A DNA stretch of 64,000 nt from an uncultured Nitrososphaerales archaeon (GCA_963713605.1 CAVQMO010000003.1:192001-256000), one strand, 5' to 3'. Shown: positions 45,107 to 57,343, numbered from the stretch's first letter. The notes: generated by a model from the sequence alone, not told the origin. Translations and numbers: made by a program.

Positions 45107-46101
45107 ATGCAAAGATGTAGCTCATATTTCACATCATCGATAATATCGGTTTTGTCGATAATTATTATTTTTTTTGTGACATCTAATAGTCTACACCCTT
45201 TGATGTCTCAACAGCCATCTTCGACAAATTCCAACTCCTCTTGGATGACAGGCGCATCACTTCCAACAGCCCGATCTGAGATTGCTGGGCGGCATTAGAT
45301 GGAAAGATCTACGTTATCGGTGGGTTTGATAGCAGTGGTGGCAACAGCGATTCAGTTGAAGTTTATGACGTGATTGCTGACAAATGGACAATAGGAGAGC
45401 CTTTGCCACAACCATTAGACCATACAGCCGTAGCGTCATTTGATGGAAAGCTGTATGTAATGGGTGGCGGATATTTGAACAGGGCTGATCTCACAGACAA
45501 ATTATTCATATATGATTCTTCTACTAAAAGCTGGGTAGAAGGAGCAAATCTTCCTAGCCCCCGTGGTGCCCTAACGGCCAATTTCGTCAACGGGATTCTG
45601 TATGCAGTGGGGGGAGTCGATTCAACTGACACCTTAACTAGCAACCTAGCCTACGATCCTGCTACAAATTTGTGGACGGAGAAAGCACCAATGCCTACTG
45701 CAAGAGAACACCTTGCATCAGCAGTAGTTGATGACAAGCTGTATGTTATTGGCGGAAGAAGTGAAGGAATGTCTGCTAACCTCAACTCGAATGAGGTCTA
45801 TGATCCAAAAACGGATAGTTGGACGATACTAGAGCCCATGCCATCCAATAGAGGTGGCCTAGCCTCTTCAGCAATTAACGAAACGATATATGTCTTTGGG
45901 GGGGAAAAACCTTCCGGAACTTTTGATAACAATGAAAGCTACGATATCGCAACTAACAAGTGGGATAAGGAACTGGAAATGCCAACGGCACGACACGGTT
46001 TGGTCGCTGTTGCTAACGATGATAAAATATATGTTATCGGAGGCGGTCCAAATCCTGGAGGTTCAAGGAGCAGTGCGAACGAGATATTTCTTGCTCGCTG
46101 A
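45107..46101 (+). CDS. Secreted Kelch-repeat beta-propeller (frameshift near 45290)
   Basis: Six repeats of the type KLYVIGG...YDP..W....MPTAR; signal peptide in the upstream frame. Confidence 0.9.
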
Positions 46102-47360
46102 TAATTAATATCCAAATTAATTCAATGGATTTGCATTCCAAAGAGGGACGATATTGTCACTAAAGATTAAACTTGATACTGGAAAACCTATTCACAAATA
46201 CGCTTTGAGTTGTATCAACCAACTCAAAGAAGACGATCTGAGAGACATGGATATAAGTATTCCGAAGTAATATAATAGAGCCACGTGGCTCTACGACGTG
46301 CCTATTATTTGTGAAACTTCATGTATGCAGACAGTTATGTATGAAGTGGGATTTTGGTAGCTCTGGGCATTCATAACCTTTCTGCAACGATTTTACATCA
46401 CTTACTCCCCTGATCATCTTCCTCTTATTCTTCTACCTTATCATTATCGTCAATTGTAACCATCCTCAAATTTAGTAACTCCACTATAATGTACTAGGAA
46501 TAAGTTGGTTTTATTAAACGACCAGCGGGTAGTTCTAATCAAAAGAAGGATCAGGTCGCCTCCCTTAAAACCCTGGTGCAGGTTTAAGATGCAACCATGC
46601 TTCGAAATATGCCTATTTGGCAGCAGGAATATTGGAGTGATTTGAATCTCCCACTGCCTTCAGCGTGTTGAATAACATGATGCAGAAAGATGTTAAAAAG
46701 AACCTATGTTGCTAGTGTTTTTTAAAGCGTACTGCGTATAGTAGATGACTACTAGTTCGATCTGGTGACTAACTAGTCGGTTATGCAGGCTTCTACCTAG
46801 AGGGATAATTTCTCCTAGGTAAAGTTTAACTTATTGCACTTATTATCTCATAAGCAGTAACAAAGAAAGGTATGACGACCTTGAATGAATGTAACCGCAG
46901 TCGCATAACCACAACTTACATACCTGTTACCTTATCTTGACGTTCCAGTTCTATCCGTCCTGGTACATTTTTTCATTTAGTTGTGATTCCATAAGTCGCC
47001 TTTGCGTTCCTTCTAATCCAATCAGTTTCTATGAAAAATATATGATCTCTGAAGCTAGTCTCTCATTGCTAATGAGCGCTGTCATTTTTTCTATACTGCT
47101 TCTGATTCTTTATAATTCGTGAAAGAATGAATTTTGCTAGCTCAACGCCAGTTAGTTCACTAGTATTAGCAATCTTGTCATTTATCATGCACATTCACCA
47201 CTAGATATGCACATTTACGTTGTTCATTGCAACTAATCCCCAAAGTTCTGGGAATGGCACTCCTCTTATGTTGCTTATATAAGACTGAGAACGCTTTTTA
47301 GAATAGAGCGTGTATCTGTATTTTCTGTTATAGAATATGTATCCATAATACATTAATTCA

Positions 47361-47963
47361 TTAGAATTTCGTTTCAATTAGCTCCTTATGTCGAAAGCAG
47401 TTTGTAGTATGATCATTTATCATACCAATTGCTTGCATCAATGCATAGCATACAGTAGGACCCACAAAGCTAAATCCTCTTATTTTAAGATCTTTGCTTA
47501 AATTACTTGATTCTGTAGACATTGTAGGAATTTGTCTGCAATTCTTGAAAAAGTTATGTTTGATTCTTCTGCCTTCAACAAAGTCCCAAATGTAATTATC
47601 AAAGCTACCAAAGTCATCCTGTATCTTGATAAATGCTCTGGCATTAGTGACGGCAGAATTGATTTTTAATCTATTTCTTACGATATTAATATTAGTAGAT
47701 TGTAACAATTTTTCTACATGGGGCATTCTGAATTCTGCCACCTTCTTTACATCATAATTGACAAACGCCTTTCTATAGTCTAAGCGCTTCCGCAAAATTG
47801 TTGCCCAATTCAATCCAGCCTGGGCACATTCTAAAACTACAAATTCAAATAATTTAGTATCGTTGTGGACTGGCACACCCCATTCGGTATCATGATAGAT
47901 CTGCATCTCGGCATTGCTAGAATTAGCAGCCCATGAGCACCTACTCACATGTACTGAATTCAT
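47361..47963 (-). CDS. tag: DNA-3-methyladenine glycosylase I
   Basis: RCSWA, YHDTEWGVP, LFEFVVLECAQAGLNW, IVRNRLKI, GFSFVGPT, NDHTTNCF. Confidence 0.95.
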   Translation of the reverse strand: MNSVHVSRCSWAANSSNAEMQIYHDTEWGVPVHNDTKLFEFVVLECAQAGLNWATILRKRLDYRKAFVNYDVKKVAEFRMPHVEKLLQSTNINIVRNRLKINSAVTNARAFIKIQDDFGSFDNYIWDFVEGRRIKHNFFKNCRQIPTMSTESSNLSKDLKIRGFSFVGPTVCYALMQAIGMINDHTTNCFRHKELIETKF

Positions 47964-48329
47964 GCAAATTGGTTCTTCATCTATGGAAATATAAAAATCT
48001 TGATAGATATCCCTACTAAATTATAGGTGGTTGATAATAGGTACGTAATAGTGATGTAGCAAGATACCTGAATCTCCTGACTGATCCCTAAATGTTTCCA
48101 CGTATTGTTCCGTACCGATACATCTGAGCCAATAGCTGTATTAGGATTTAGAGTCTATCTACAAGTTACCGAAAATGTGGGCTCTATTCGGGGGAGCGCT
48201 AGCTCTAGTAACTACTATGTAAGCGATGGGAAGTTTTCTATGGACGAATAGTTGAGATATCAAAATCTTGAACTTCCAAAGTATCGAAGTCTGTCCACGA
48301 ATTAATTCCAGTAACTACAAAAACCTGAA

Positions 48330-48700
48330 AGTGAAGTGAAGATGTGGTAAATATGTATATCCTGTCATTCCGACCCTAGCTGTCTCTTCGCCTGCTCTGA
48401 CATATTGACCAACTTTCACCATTGAACTATTGTAGCTTAAATGATCATATCATGAGTATTCTCCATTTGAATGCATAGTTACAATAAAGTTCGTATTATT
48501 CCAATAGATTGGATTAGATCCCCCAGCATTAGAGCTATGTATAACAAAAGTCACTATTCCATCGGCTGGCAGCAAAAACAGGTGTCTATTTATCAACTAT
48601 AAGATCGATTGTAATTCGGCGATGAGGTCCTGTCGATACGTTTTAAGAGATTTTTCGGTACAGTCAGTATATACCTATAGATAGCATTTTTACTCATCAT
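48330..48700 (-). pseudogene. Degraded paralog of the M23 peptidase gene at 23989-24429
   Basis: Long near-identical stretches (ccaactttcaccattgaactattgtag, ggattagatccccc); retains GMTGYTYLPHLHF. Confidence 0.8.
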
Positions 48701-49188
48701 GGTTTTATTTCATATTGTTCCCATCAATTCTGTCTTGATGATATGTCCAGTGTTTAATTCGGTATTGTACAACATCAGATTAAACTATTACAGCACTTGT
48801 TGAATGATGATGTGGGTGGAATAAAACAACTTGCAGCCCTACAAGAATAAGATAGAAATCGTATTCACCTGACTTATAAGTAAGTTCGTTTTCAAAATTT
48901 AAATATTTTTTAATTGTAATCTGGATTGCCTGTCAGTTGTCATTCAATGTATGCTTTCGTCCCAATTTGGCATCAGAATGACCCATGATCTTCATTATTC
49001 GAAAAAATACTAAAGTTTTGGTCAGTATCTGAGGTGGTTCGAATCTGACAGATTTAAAGGGGTCTGTCAATGAGTGCACGCACGTATGTCTCAAACAATA
49101 GGAATTCCTCATGTTTATCATATTACAGTAGAGTTCTTATACCACGCGTATTCTCTAATTAAAGACTTATTACAGTCTATCTCCTTAA

Positions 49189-49545
49189 TTGAGGAACGAC
49201 ATGAAAGGACCTTATCCAATGGGTACCGGTGCTGAAAGTCTATTCCATGTTGACAAAGGCGACGTGCGATTAAAAACTCAACCCGTCAAATATACTAGTA
49301 ATGATGGAGCACTATCATGTAAATTGACAATATTTACGTCTTCACGAAGCTCTGAGGAAGTGGGATATAATGAGGATAGAAAAATAAAAGATAGTTCTGA
49401 AGAATACATTGAAATAGACGCTTTGGAAGGAAAAGAGAGAATAATACAAACCATGAAGGAGCTGAACATAGTTGACGATTTTCCAATTAAGTGTAATACT
49501 GAGGGGGTAGCATTAAGAATTCTTAGTAAGTTATTAGGTGAATGA
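49189..49545 (+). CDS. Hypothetical protein
   Basis: 118-aa ORF with protein-like composition. Confidence 0.55.
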   Translation: MRNDMKGPYPMGTGAESLFHVDKGDVRLKTQPVKYTSNDGALSCKLTIFTSSRSSEEVGYNEDRKIKDSSEEYIEIDALEGKERIIQTMKELNIVDDFPIKCNTEGVALRILSKLLGE

Positions 49546-49924
49546 AGCTAAAAAGAGGAACGATTTTTCATTATTGATACTCTCCCTTAAGTTCGGCCAC
49601 TTATTTCAGGACTCCTTATTTTTCTTTTATTCTCTCTGTATGTGAATTAGGTAACAGTTATTCGTTCTAATAAAGCAAATATTACATCCAAATTTTTTTG
49701 TGAACAAATAAAATGATGTCATATATACACCTCATGTAAGAAACAGCAATTAGGTTGAGTTCCACGAGCTGTTAACTGCTATATCATGAATGTCAACTCA
49801 AAATGGATAGGCATAACATAAACCAACTCAATGCAATGATAATTCACGACCAGTATTATCAAGCTACCAAGATATTATCAAACCTTAATAAATGATTAGA
49901 GATGACAATGAATACACTTGAGAT

Positions 49925-50386
49925 ATGCCTAGTAAGATAAAGGGTAAGTTTTCGAAAATTCTTGTTGCTATTGATGGATCACAACCATCTATGGATGCAG
50001 CAGAATACGCAATAGAAATGGCAAAAAAAGATTCTGCCCAAATAATAGCAGTGACTGTAAACCGTATTTCATTGTCATCTTATGGCTTAGCAACACCTGA
50101 AGGAGAACTAAAGTCTCCTCAAGATCAAGAGATCATACTTGAATCTAAGGAACGGTTTGCCAACCTAGATCAAATAGCAAAACAAAATAATGTAGAGTTA
50201 AAAACCGAACTGATCAACAGTCAGATGTCTATTGATGGAACAATAGTTGAATATGCAGAATCTGAAGATGTTGATTTAATAATAATGGGTACAAGAGGTA
50301 GATCAGGATTCAAGAAGTTACTGCTTGGAAGTATTGCCTCCGCTGTAGTGACCTATTCACCATGCCCCGTAATGATAGTAAAATAG
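49925..50386 (+). CDS. Universal stress protein (UspA family)
   Basis: KILVAIDGS; DLIIMGTRGRSGFKKLLLGSIASAVVTYSPCPVMIVK. Confidence 0.95.
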   Translation: MPSKIKGKFSKILVAIDGSQPSMDAAEYAIEMAKKDSAQIIAVTVNRISLSSYGLATPEGELKSPQDQEIILESKERFANLDQIAKQNNVELKTELINSQMSIDGTIVEYAESEDVDLIIMGTRGRSGFKKLLLGSIASAVVTYSPCPVMIVK

Positions 50387-50700
50387 CTGGGCCTTAATGC
50401 ATCTTACCAGTATGGGTAGCTTCATTCAGATCAAACCCCCTGATCTTGTTTGTTGTTTAGCCAGTATCAATTAAAAGACATTACCATATTTACTAGTCTT
50501 TACTACAAAGAGGTATAACTTATTAGCAATCCGATCCAGTTGTCAGACGGTGTCAATATCTAAACTTGGATAGATGGGAAAAACAAGTATGAGTAAATTT
50601 TATCATAATTGTGGTTCAACACAACAGACTCCAGTTCAGCTGAGAGTGAAATGATGAAGACTGACTGGAAGGTAAAGCTTGAACAGTTAATCAGTTCATT

Positions 50701-51534
50701 ATGATATGGTTTTTTGCTGGTAGTTCTCACGGTGTGCGTGTCAATCTTGGAGTTTTTAGATTTATCATCCCTATTGCTCCTAGCAGAATAAAACCTATCG
50801 TAGATTTTAAAGCCGATCATTTTTCTGTGTTTTATGTATTGAATATTTTTATAGTTGAGTACACAAGTGCAAATCATAGGAACTTGTATTTCGATGTAGC
50901 AACAAAGTTGCTTGTAACAATAGCAATATTATGCGTCTTTGCGGTAGCCTTAACTTTAGTTACTTTCCCTTCCTCTACTGGTGTAATACAAGATATATTC
51001 GCTCAAATCACCCCGGCTAGTTTAGGAAATGATAGCGGAAATATAACAAATGGTACAAGTACAAATAATGTTGATCAGTTATCTCCACTCATACCTAATA
51101 CAACCAATTCGTCAAGTATTTTTCAGCTGGCCACATTGTCTTCATATCAGCCTATTACTCCTTCCTCATATAGCGGCGGCTTCACTTCAAATGACAATGA
51201 AGAATCTTCAAATGACAATGAAGATGCTGTAGAAGATGAGACTCAAGATACTAATTATAGTGACGGCGACAAAGACAGCTCCGACTATGATGATGGCAAT
51301 AGTGACGATAATGATTACGATAACAATAATGGAAATACAATTATCATCACATCATCTGGCAACTACGATCATGAAGACAATGATGATGACAACAGTGACT
51401 TCGAGAGTGATGAAACTGAAAATGATGGTTATTATAATGATAACGAAGACACTAGCCGCATTTCCATAGGTTCAGGTGGTGCCTTCGCCTCAGCAAGTGG
51501 CGGTGGTAGCGGTGCCTTCGCCTCAGTCGGGTGA
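50701..51534 (+). CDS. Secreted Asp/Asn-rich low-complexity protein (true start probably near 50900)
   Basis: Hydrophobic leader ending in IFA-Q, long acidic tract, GGAFAS repeats at the C-terminus. Confidence 0.7.
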   Translation: MIWFFAGSSHGVRVNLGVFRFIIPIAPSRIKPIVDFKADHFSVFYVLNIFIVEYTSANHRNLYFDVATKLLVTIAILCVFAVALTLVTFPSSTGVIQDIFAQITPASLGNDSGNITNGTSTNNVDQLSPLIPNTTNSSSIFQLATLSSYQPITPSSYSGGFTSNDNEESSNDNEDAVEDETQDTNYSDGDKDSSDYDDGNSDDNDYDNNNGNTIIITSSGNYDHEDNDDDNSDFESDETENDGYYNDNEDTSRISIGSGGAFASASGGGSGAFASVG

Positions 51535-51884
51535 CCATGTAAGTAAGTGATCACGGCTCATACTAGAGCATCTATCTGCTGCAAGTGTTTAGATACCTTC
51601 AACAAATACTGAATTAGGTTTTCTTTGTTCTAATTTTTGCTACTATTTTGCCTGCACTTTGGATAGAGGGTAAATTTAGCAGATCGGAGAAATATTGACC
51701 TATAGATAAAGTAATTAAAAAAATGGCCAGAAAGACACGTAAAAGCGGTTATTGGAAATTCAAGTCCTGGTTACCAAAACAGTGACTTCAGCTCAATTAT
51801 AGTGTGTATGATACCTTTTGTTCTCGTGATACTTTTTCTTATGCTTTATATGAAGAGATTGAATGTTACTTGATGTGATCGGAG

Positions 51885-52256
51885 ATGACTATTACTAAGA
51901 GATCATTATTATACTTGGGGGCTGCAGTCTGCACCGGTATAGCTGGAATTCTACACCTCATGCTTGTATCGGGTTCTATTGATCCTCATTTGGAATATGC
52001 TACTTTTTTCTTAGTTTCTGGCGTGGTTCAAATCTTTTGGGTCGTACCCATGATAAAAAAGTGGGGTAGGATTTGGTATGTGATCGGAATTGCAGGGACA
52101 AGTGTTCTTGTCGGTTTAACAGGTTATGTGATTGCTAATATAGTTGAGAATCCGCAATCGACACCTCCTGGCATAGGTGAAATGGCTGTTGCAATAGAAG
52201 TATTCCAGGCCTCTTACGTTATAATGACTGGAATCATTATCGCTAAGAGAGAGTGA
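51885..52256 (+). CDS. Four-TM membrane protein
   Basis: IAGILHL, FFLVSGVVQIFW, WYVIGIAGT. Confidence 0.8.
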   Translation: MTITKRSLLYLGAAVCTGIAGILHLMLVSGSIDPHLEYATFFLVSGVVQIFWVVPMIKKWGRIWYVIGIAGTSVLVGLTGYVIANIVENPQSTPPGIGEMAVAIEVFQASYVIMTGIIIAKRE

Positions 52257-52786
52257 AATGTGATCGCCCTCTCTAATCACGTTCAAATTTCGTATTTAGA
52301 AGCTCTAACTAGTAGCTGCAATTGCGTGGAGAAAAAATAATAAAAGATGAGGGAAGACTGTGGTTAGCTACCTCCAATCAGTAACTTTATTATGTTTTTT
52401 TAGATTAATTGCTGGACGATCCTATAGTTCAAAATCAGAAACTGGTCCCCCTCCATGAACGGTGGGTACCTAATTTTGGACACTGACATTAAACTGGTTC
52501 TGGACATATGAGATGTGAAGAATGACTTTATCATGGGTTAACAATCGTGTTACAAAAAAATAGCTCGGTAATAATACCTATCGACAATGGCAGGCGACTC
52601 TCAACAAGAATGTTAGAGACACTGTAAGGATCGTCTACCTATGGACCGACTGAGTCTGGCTTATGAATCGATAGCATACATTTATTTCGTCATTTGATCA
52701 TATCGGATCTTGATATATCTAACTAACTGTAAAGATCTATCTGCCCAAGGCATTCGTTTTCATTCCATGCTCGTAGATGAGAAATA

Positions 52787-53392
52787 GTGATAAATGTTCT
52801 AAAATGCATTTATTCAACTTCTCAGCACAACGGATGGACAAGACGATTGACAGAATCGATAAAAAGACCTATCGGTGTCACAATTATCTCTATTCTAACC
52901 ATAATTGGTGGCATATTGCTGGTATTTGGCGGACTCTCTTTGCTCGCGTTTGGAGCATTCTTTACAGCCGTCCCAATTGAAACTCTAACTACAGAAGATC
53001 AACAGTTACAGCCTCAGCAACCCGAAAACGCAGCAGAACTGCAAGCTCTAGGCCAGTTCTTTGGTAGTATCGGAGTAGTGATCGGATCAATCGTGCTAGC
53101 GGTAGGCGTTGGATACTTGATAGTATCTTATGGCTTGCTGAAAGGAAAGGGATGGGCATGGATTGTTACGGTAATATTAACAATCATAGCAATAATAACG
53201 CAAGTCACCTCTGTTATCTCCACTAGTACGCTTACTCAATCCTTAACTACTGACATAGCCGTACTTGTATCTGGAATCACTGCTCATATAATTGGCATTG
53301 CAATCAATGGAGTAATACTGTACTATCTTTATCGTCCAAATGTAAAGGCCTTCTTCGGCAAATCTAAACTTCCACCGTCTATTTCAGAATAA
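52787..53392 (+). CDS. Four-TM membrane protein, paralog of 19091-19625 (start probably near 52847)
   Basis: KRPIGVTIISIL...GLLKGKGWAW...YYLYRPNVKAFF. Confidence 0.8.
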   Translation: MINVLKCIYSTSQHNGWTRRLTESIKRPIGVTIISILTIIGGILLVFGGLSLLAFGAFFTAVPIETLTTEDQQLQPQQPENAAELQALGQFFGSIGVVIGSIVLAVGVGYLIVSYGLLKGKGWAWIVTVILTIIAIITQVTSVISTSTLTQSLTTDIAVLVSGITAHIIGIAINGVILYYLYRPNVKAFFGKSKLPPSISE

Positions 53393-53615
53393 AGAATAAG
53401 CATAGGTATTTTGCAAAAATGTATGATTCTATTGTTGAGTGCCTTGTAATAGAAGTTAATTGATGTAGTTGAATCCCTTCTCACAAATTAATTCTTGGAA
53501 ATAATTGTATAAATGGAATAAAATTTAGAGATTATAAAGAAGAAAAGACTAGATTCTGCCCTACGGCCTTCCCATATCATCTCTCTGAACCCCTCAGTAG
53601 CGAAACGAGCCTAGA

Positions 53616-53992
53616 CTATCGGTTAATGATATTGAGTATGTTGCCATCTGGGTCTTTAAACCAAGCGACCTTCATGTTACCGCCGATATGGACATCACCT
53701 TCCCGCGTTATATCAGGCATGTCATACTGTTCGAATGAAATACCTTTAGCCTTTAGTGCCTTTACAACACTCTCCACATCGTCACCGACCACCCACGTCA
53801 GAGCTGTGGCCTGATTAGTTCCGGCGTACTTAGACCGATAGACATTGATCATTGAGTTTCCACTCCTGAAGACAATTAGTTCGGCTCCTTCGGAACCAAC
53901 CTGGGTAAGTCCAAGTGTATCTCCATAAAATCTCTTCGCTACTTCCAAATCCTTGACAGCGATGTTTGCTGCCGATCTTTATCACCTAACAT
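53616..53992 (-). CDS. VOC/glyoxalase family protein (frameshift near start)
   Basis: IAVKDLEVAKRFYGDTLGL...AWFKDPDGNIL. Confidence 0.9.
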
Positions 53993-54033
53993 CTCAATTC
54001 TCTCCTCAAGTAAACTTGACTCATATTACGCCC

Positions 54034-54444
54034 CTAGATTCTTAGGCGAGTGAACTTACCCATGACCATGCCTGATCCAGGAGTCACGAGATTCATAAAC
54101 TGTTTCATAAGTGGTCCTTCGGCACTCATGTCTTCGTCCTTCATAGCCTCTGTTATGACCTCATTCATTTGTTTCAGATCTCTGTGCGACTGTAGCTCTA
54201 TCCATATTTCCTCATCTTGATTAGCAGACATAGTTGTGGCTATGTTGATACACCCATCATAGGCCTCGGTATTGGTTAGCTGGAAAATCTCCATGCGCAG
54301 AACCCCATACTTGATAAGGAGGTCATTAAATTGCTTCTGAAGGTTCACCATTGCATCATGATTCTTCTTCGGGATTCTCCAGATGAAAAGCTGGACTTGA
54401 GTCCCAATTTCTTTCTCCACTTCCATCACATTCGATTTGTTCAT
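54034..54444 (-). CDS. DUF1428-like dimeric alpha-beta barrel protein
   Basis: VQLFIWRIPKKNHDA...KYG...EEIW pattern. Confidence 0.6.
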   Translation of the reverse strand: MNKSNVMEVEKEIGTQVQLFIWRIPKKNHDAMVNLQKQFNDLLIKYGVLRMEIFQLTNTEAYDGCINIATTMSANQDEEIWIELQSHRDLKQMNEVITEAMKDEDMSAEGPLMKQFMNLVTPGSGMVMGKFTRLRI

Positions 54445-54823
54445 AGAAAAAGTATACTAAGTATACTTTATAAGTATGCAAGGGATCAAAAGTATAGTTG
54501 GTACACTTCTTGAAAGGACCGAAAGAGGAAGGAAGTACCTGCATCTTGTACGGCAAGGGGGGATGATTCTAGCCTGAAAAACCCCCTGCCACTTAGTCAA
54601 TACACGTATCCCTATCTTGCTACAACTACAGGTCATGGCTAATGCATGGCTGCATGACTTTAACTTTTTCTAACACTGTATTTGAAAATTGTGATAGTAT
54701 ATTGGTTCTCCTTATTGACTACAATTCTTTATCCAAAAAGGCTGTTAGATACTTATTAGAGGTTACTCCCCCTTACCCCAAAGACATGTCTTATTTTTAC
54801 CATGGCAAGATAAAAATCAGTTC

Positions 54824-55132
54824 TTGCCTGAGAAAATGGAGTCACCCAACTCAACCAAAACATCCACAGACGACGACAAAATATTAGAAAATGAAATTGA
54901 ATCTTGGCATAGTTTTGGAAACATACTTCGGAATGAAAATCGAATTATTTTCTATCAAATGCTAGAGGATATCAAGACCTATTCAGAAACTGCTAAAGCT
55001 AAGGGGAAGAACTTTTCATTTGAATCGATGTGTATGGGATTAATATTGCAACAGCAAAAGATGATAAATGAGCAACTTTGCAAGCTCTCGGCGAAGAAAG
55101 GCATTAATTTAGGTTACCCTTATGAGACTTAG
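54824..55132 (+). CDS. Small helical protein, paralog of 36494-36793
   Basis: ILENEIESWHSFGNILRNENRIIFYQML...FESMCMGLILQQQKMI. Confidence 0.65.
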   Translation: MPEKMESPNSTKTSTDDDKILENEIESWHSFGNILRNENRIIFYQMLEDIKTYSETAKAKGKNFSFESMCMGLILQQQKMINEQLCKLSAKKGINLGYPYET

Positions 55133-55279
55133 ATCTGTTACTAAAATCTACTTGTCCCACATATCTGTAGGGTGGAATTCTATTTTAATCAAGATGTTCG
55201 ATCTAGGCAATTTGACTGATATCTCGCCCAAAATGCTTTGCATCTCTTGAGCAGAGTTTTCATTTATCAACTTGGCGTT

Positions 55280-56536
55280 ATTTCGATAACAAGTACGATC
55301 AGTTTGGAAATGAAAAACCACAAGATTATCTTAGCGATCTTGATGACCAGTACCATTTCAAGACGTTACTTGACACTGAAGAAATTTGGTATTATGATGA
55401 AAGTAAGGGGATATATTTACCAAACTGTGAGCACATCATTAAAGCTCCTTTACAATCCCAGTTTGGCAGAGATCTAACGATTAAAAAAACCAATGAAGAT
55501 ATTGCACAGATTCAACGTTCTACATATATTAGTCGAGATATATTTGATCCTGATATTTTATGGATAGCGACTAACAATTGTATGATTAACTTATTATCAG
55601 GTGAGACTAAGCCATTTAGTCACAAATTCATGTGTACAACTAAGATATCCGTCTTTTATGATCATGGATACCCAACTGGTGTATTTGCTGACTTTTTCCG
55701 ATTAGTTGAGGGACGGAAATCGAGAATTATGAAATTTTTATAGATATGAATCCAGAAGATGTAGATCTTTTTCTTGATTTTTTTTGCGTATTGTTTGTAC
55801 CGGGAATATAAGTATAATTATTGGATGTTGCTTGTTGGTAGGGGATTAAACGGCAAGTCTATTCTATTACGACTAGTAGAACGGTTTTTGGGAAAAGACA
55901 ATGTTTCCAGCGAAACTTTGCATAGACTTCTCAAAGAACGTTTTTCGGTTGGCAACTTATTTCAGAAACTGGCAAACGTGGATGCTGACGTTTCCTATGA
56001 TACTGTTTTCAATAACACTGGTGTCTTGAAAAAGCCGACCGGCAATGACTTACATATTGGAGAACACAAATACAAGAAACCATTCAAATTCCCAAACCAT
56101 GCCAAGTTATTCTGTTCTTGCAATAAAATACCGGAGACAGAAGACGACACTGACGCATTCTATCGGCGCATTTTACAAATTAATTTTACACAACAGTTCT
56201 ATGGTGAGAAAGATGACCCAAATCTTATCGATAAGTTAACCACACAAGAGGAATTGTCTATCTTGCTTCACGAACTTTTATCACGATTGCCAAGAATTTT
56301 AAAACAGGGATTTAGGAAAATCACAGATGAAACCATGGAGCAAACCTACAACAAGTTCACAATCATTTAGCAGAAGATTGACCCAAGATTACAAGTTAAG
56401 ATATAAATCGTACAAGATTAGCGATGAATATACTCGTTGTTGGATCGACGTCAAGTTGGTTGATTGGCAGCAGAAGAAAGAAGTCATAGAAGAGATCGGA
56501 GATTTTACGGAAGCTGAAAAGCAGGCGTTTAGATAA
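55280..56536 (+). pseudogene. Phage/plasmid D5/P4-type primase-associated SF3 helicase, fragmented
   Basis: D5_N-like EIWYYDESKGIY...NNCMINLLSGETKPFS; Walker A GRGLNGKS; KLANVDAD; LKK.TGND; CNKIP; AFYRRILQINF. Confidence 0.85.
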
Positions 56537-56557
56537 GCAAATGAATATCTACTGGCC

Positions 56558-56685
56558 GGTTGCAAGAGTTACAACTTCTTAGCCATTTTATATTCTTGTT
56601 AGTACTTATAAAATTGAGCGTAAAATAAGAATGTAATCATTAACAACTCTTGCAACTCTTGCAACCAACTTATAGAGAGTTGTTA
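56558..56685. repeat. Iteron-like direct and inverted repeats downstream of the helicase
   Basis: GGTTGCAAGAGTT (56558-56570) is inverted to AACTCTTGCAACC (56654-56666); tandem copy at 56645; TAACAACTCT/AGAGTTGTTA inverted pair. Confidence 0.65.
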
Positions 56686-56787
56686 GCCGCCACTCATCTC
56701 TGAAGTGATAGTATTAATTGGACGAATCTCTTAGTCGAGCTTCAAAAAATAATCGAAGAGAAAATTGGGTCGTCTACTTCAAAACTT

Positions 56788-57012
56788 TTATCCATGATCA
56801 GTGGGATCATCGGCATCTTCTGGTGAGAAGCCAGATATGCTACCGCTATTATCATCAGTTCCGGTTGAATTACCGTTTGACTCAGTCATATTTGTTGTCA
56901 TGTTTTGAGCTTTCACGTCTTGCCCAATGATCGCACTAACTCCAACCATGAGACTGGTAGTGGCGACAATTACGATTGCAAGCACGATGAGCTTGTCTAT
57001 TCGAATTGACAT
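56788..57012 (-). CDS. Small secreted protein (NMT repeats)
   Basis: Signal peptide ending in VKA-Q, NMTTNMT, GSISG. Confidence 0.65.
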   Translation of the reverse strand: MSIRIDKLIVLAIVIVATTSLMVGVSAIIGQDVKAQNMTTNMTESNGNSTGTDDNSGSISGFSPEDADDPTDHG

Positions 57013-57343
57013 GTGACATTATTCTGACACAGTTCTATGTATGAATTCTCAATGTGACTAACTTCATATCTTTTTTCTTCCCAAAATTGTGTTTAATGAT
57101 ATAACAAATTTTATGGACCAACTTTACCAGTTAATTAAGAGGAAGCTAAGCGCGTGAAAAGAGAGCTAATTAGAATGCATGACACAGAATCAGAAAGTGC
57201 TCAATGTTTCATATACAAAATCAAGATTGACATCTTAGTTGGACGAAAATCTTACGATCTTAGAAAAATACAGGTATGGAACAAATCGATACTATCTATA
57301 GCTTGATCATTGAATTTCAAAAAATGAGAAGTTGGTAACTATT

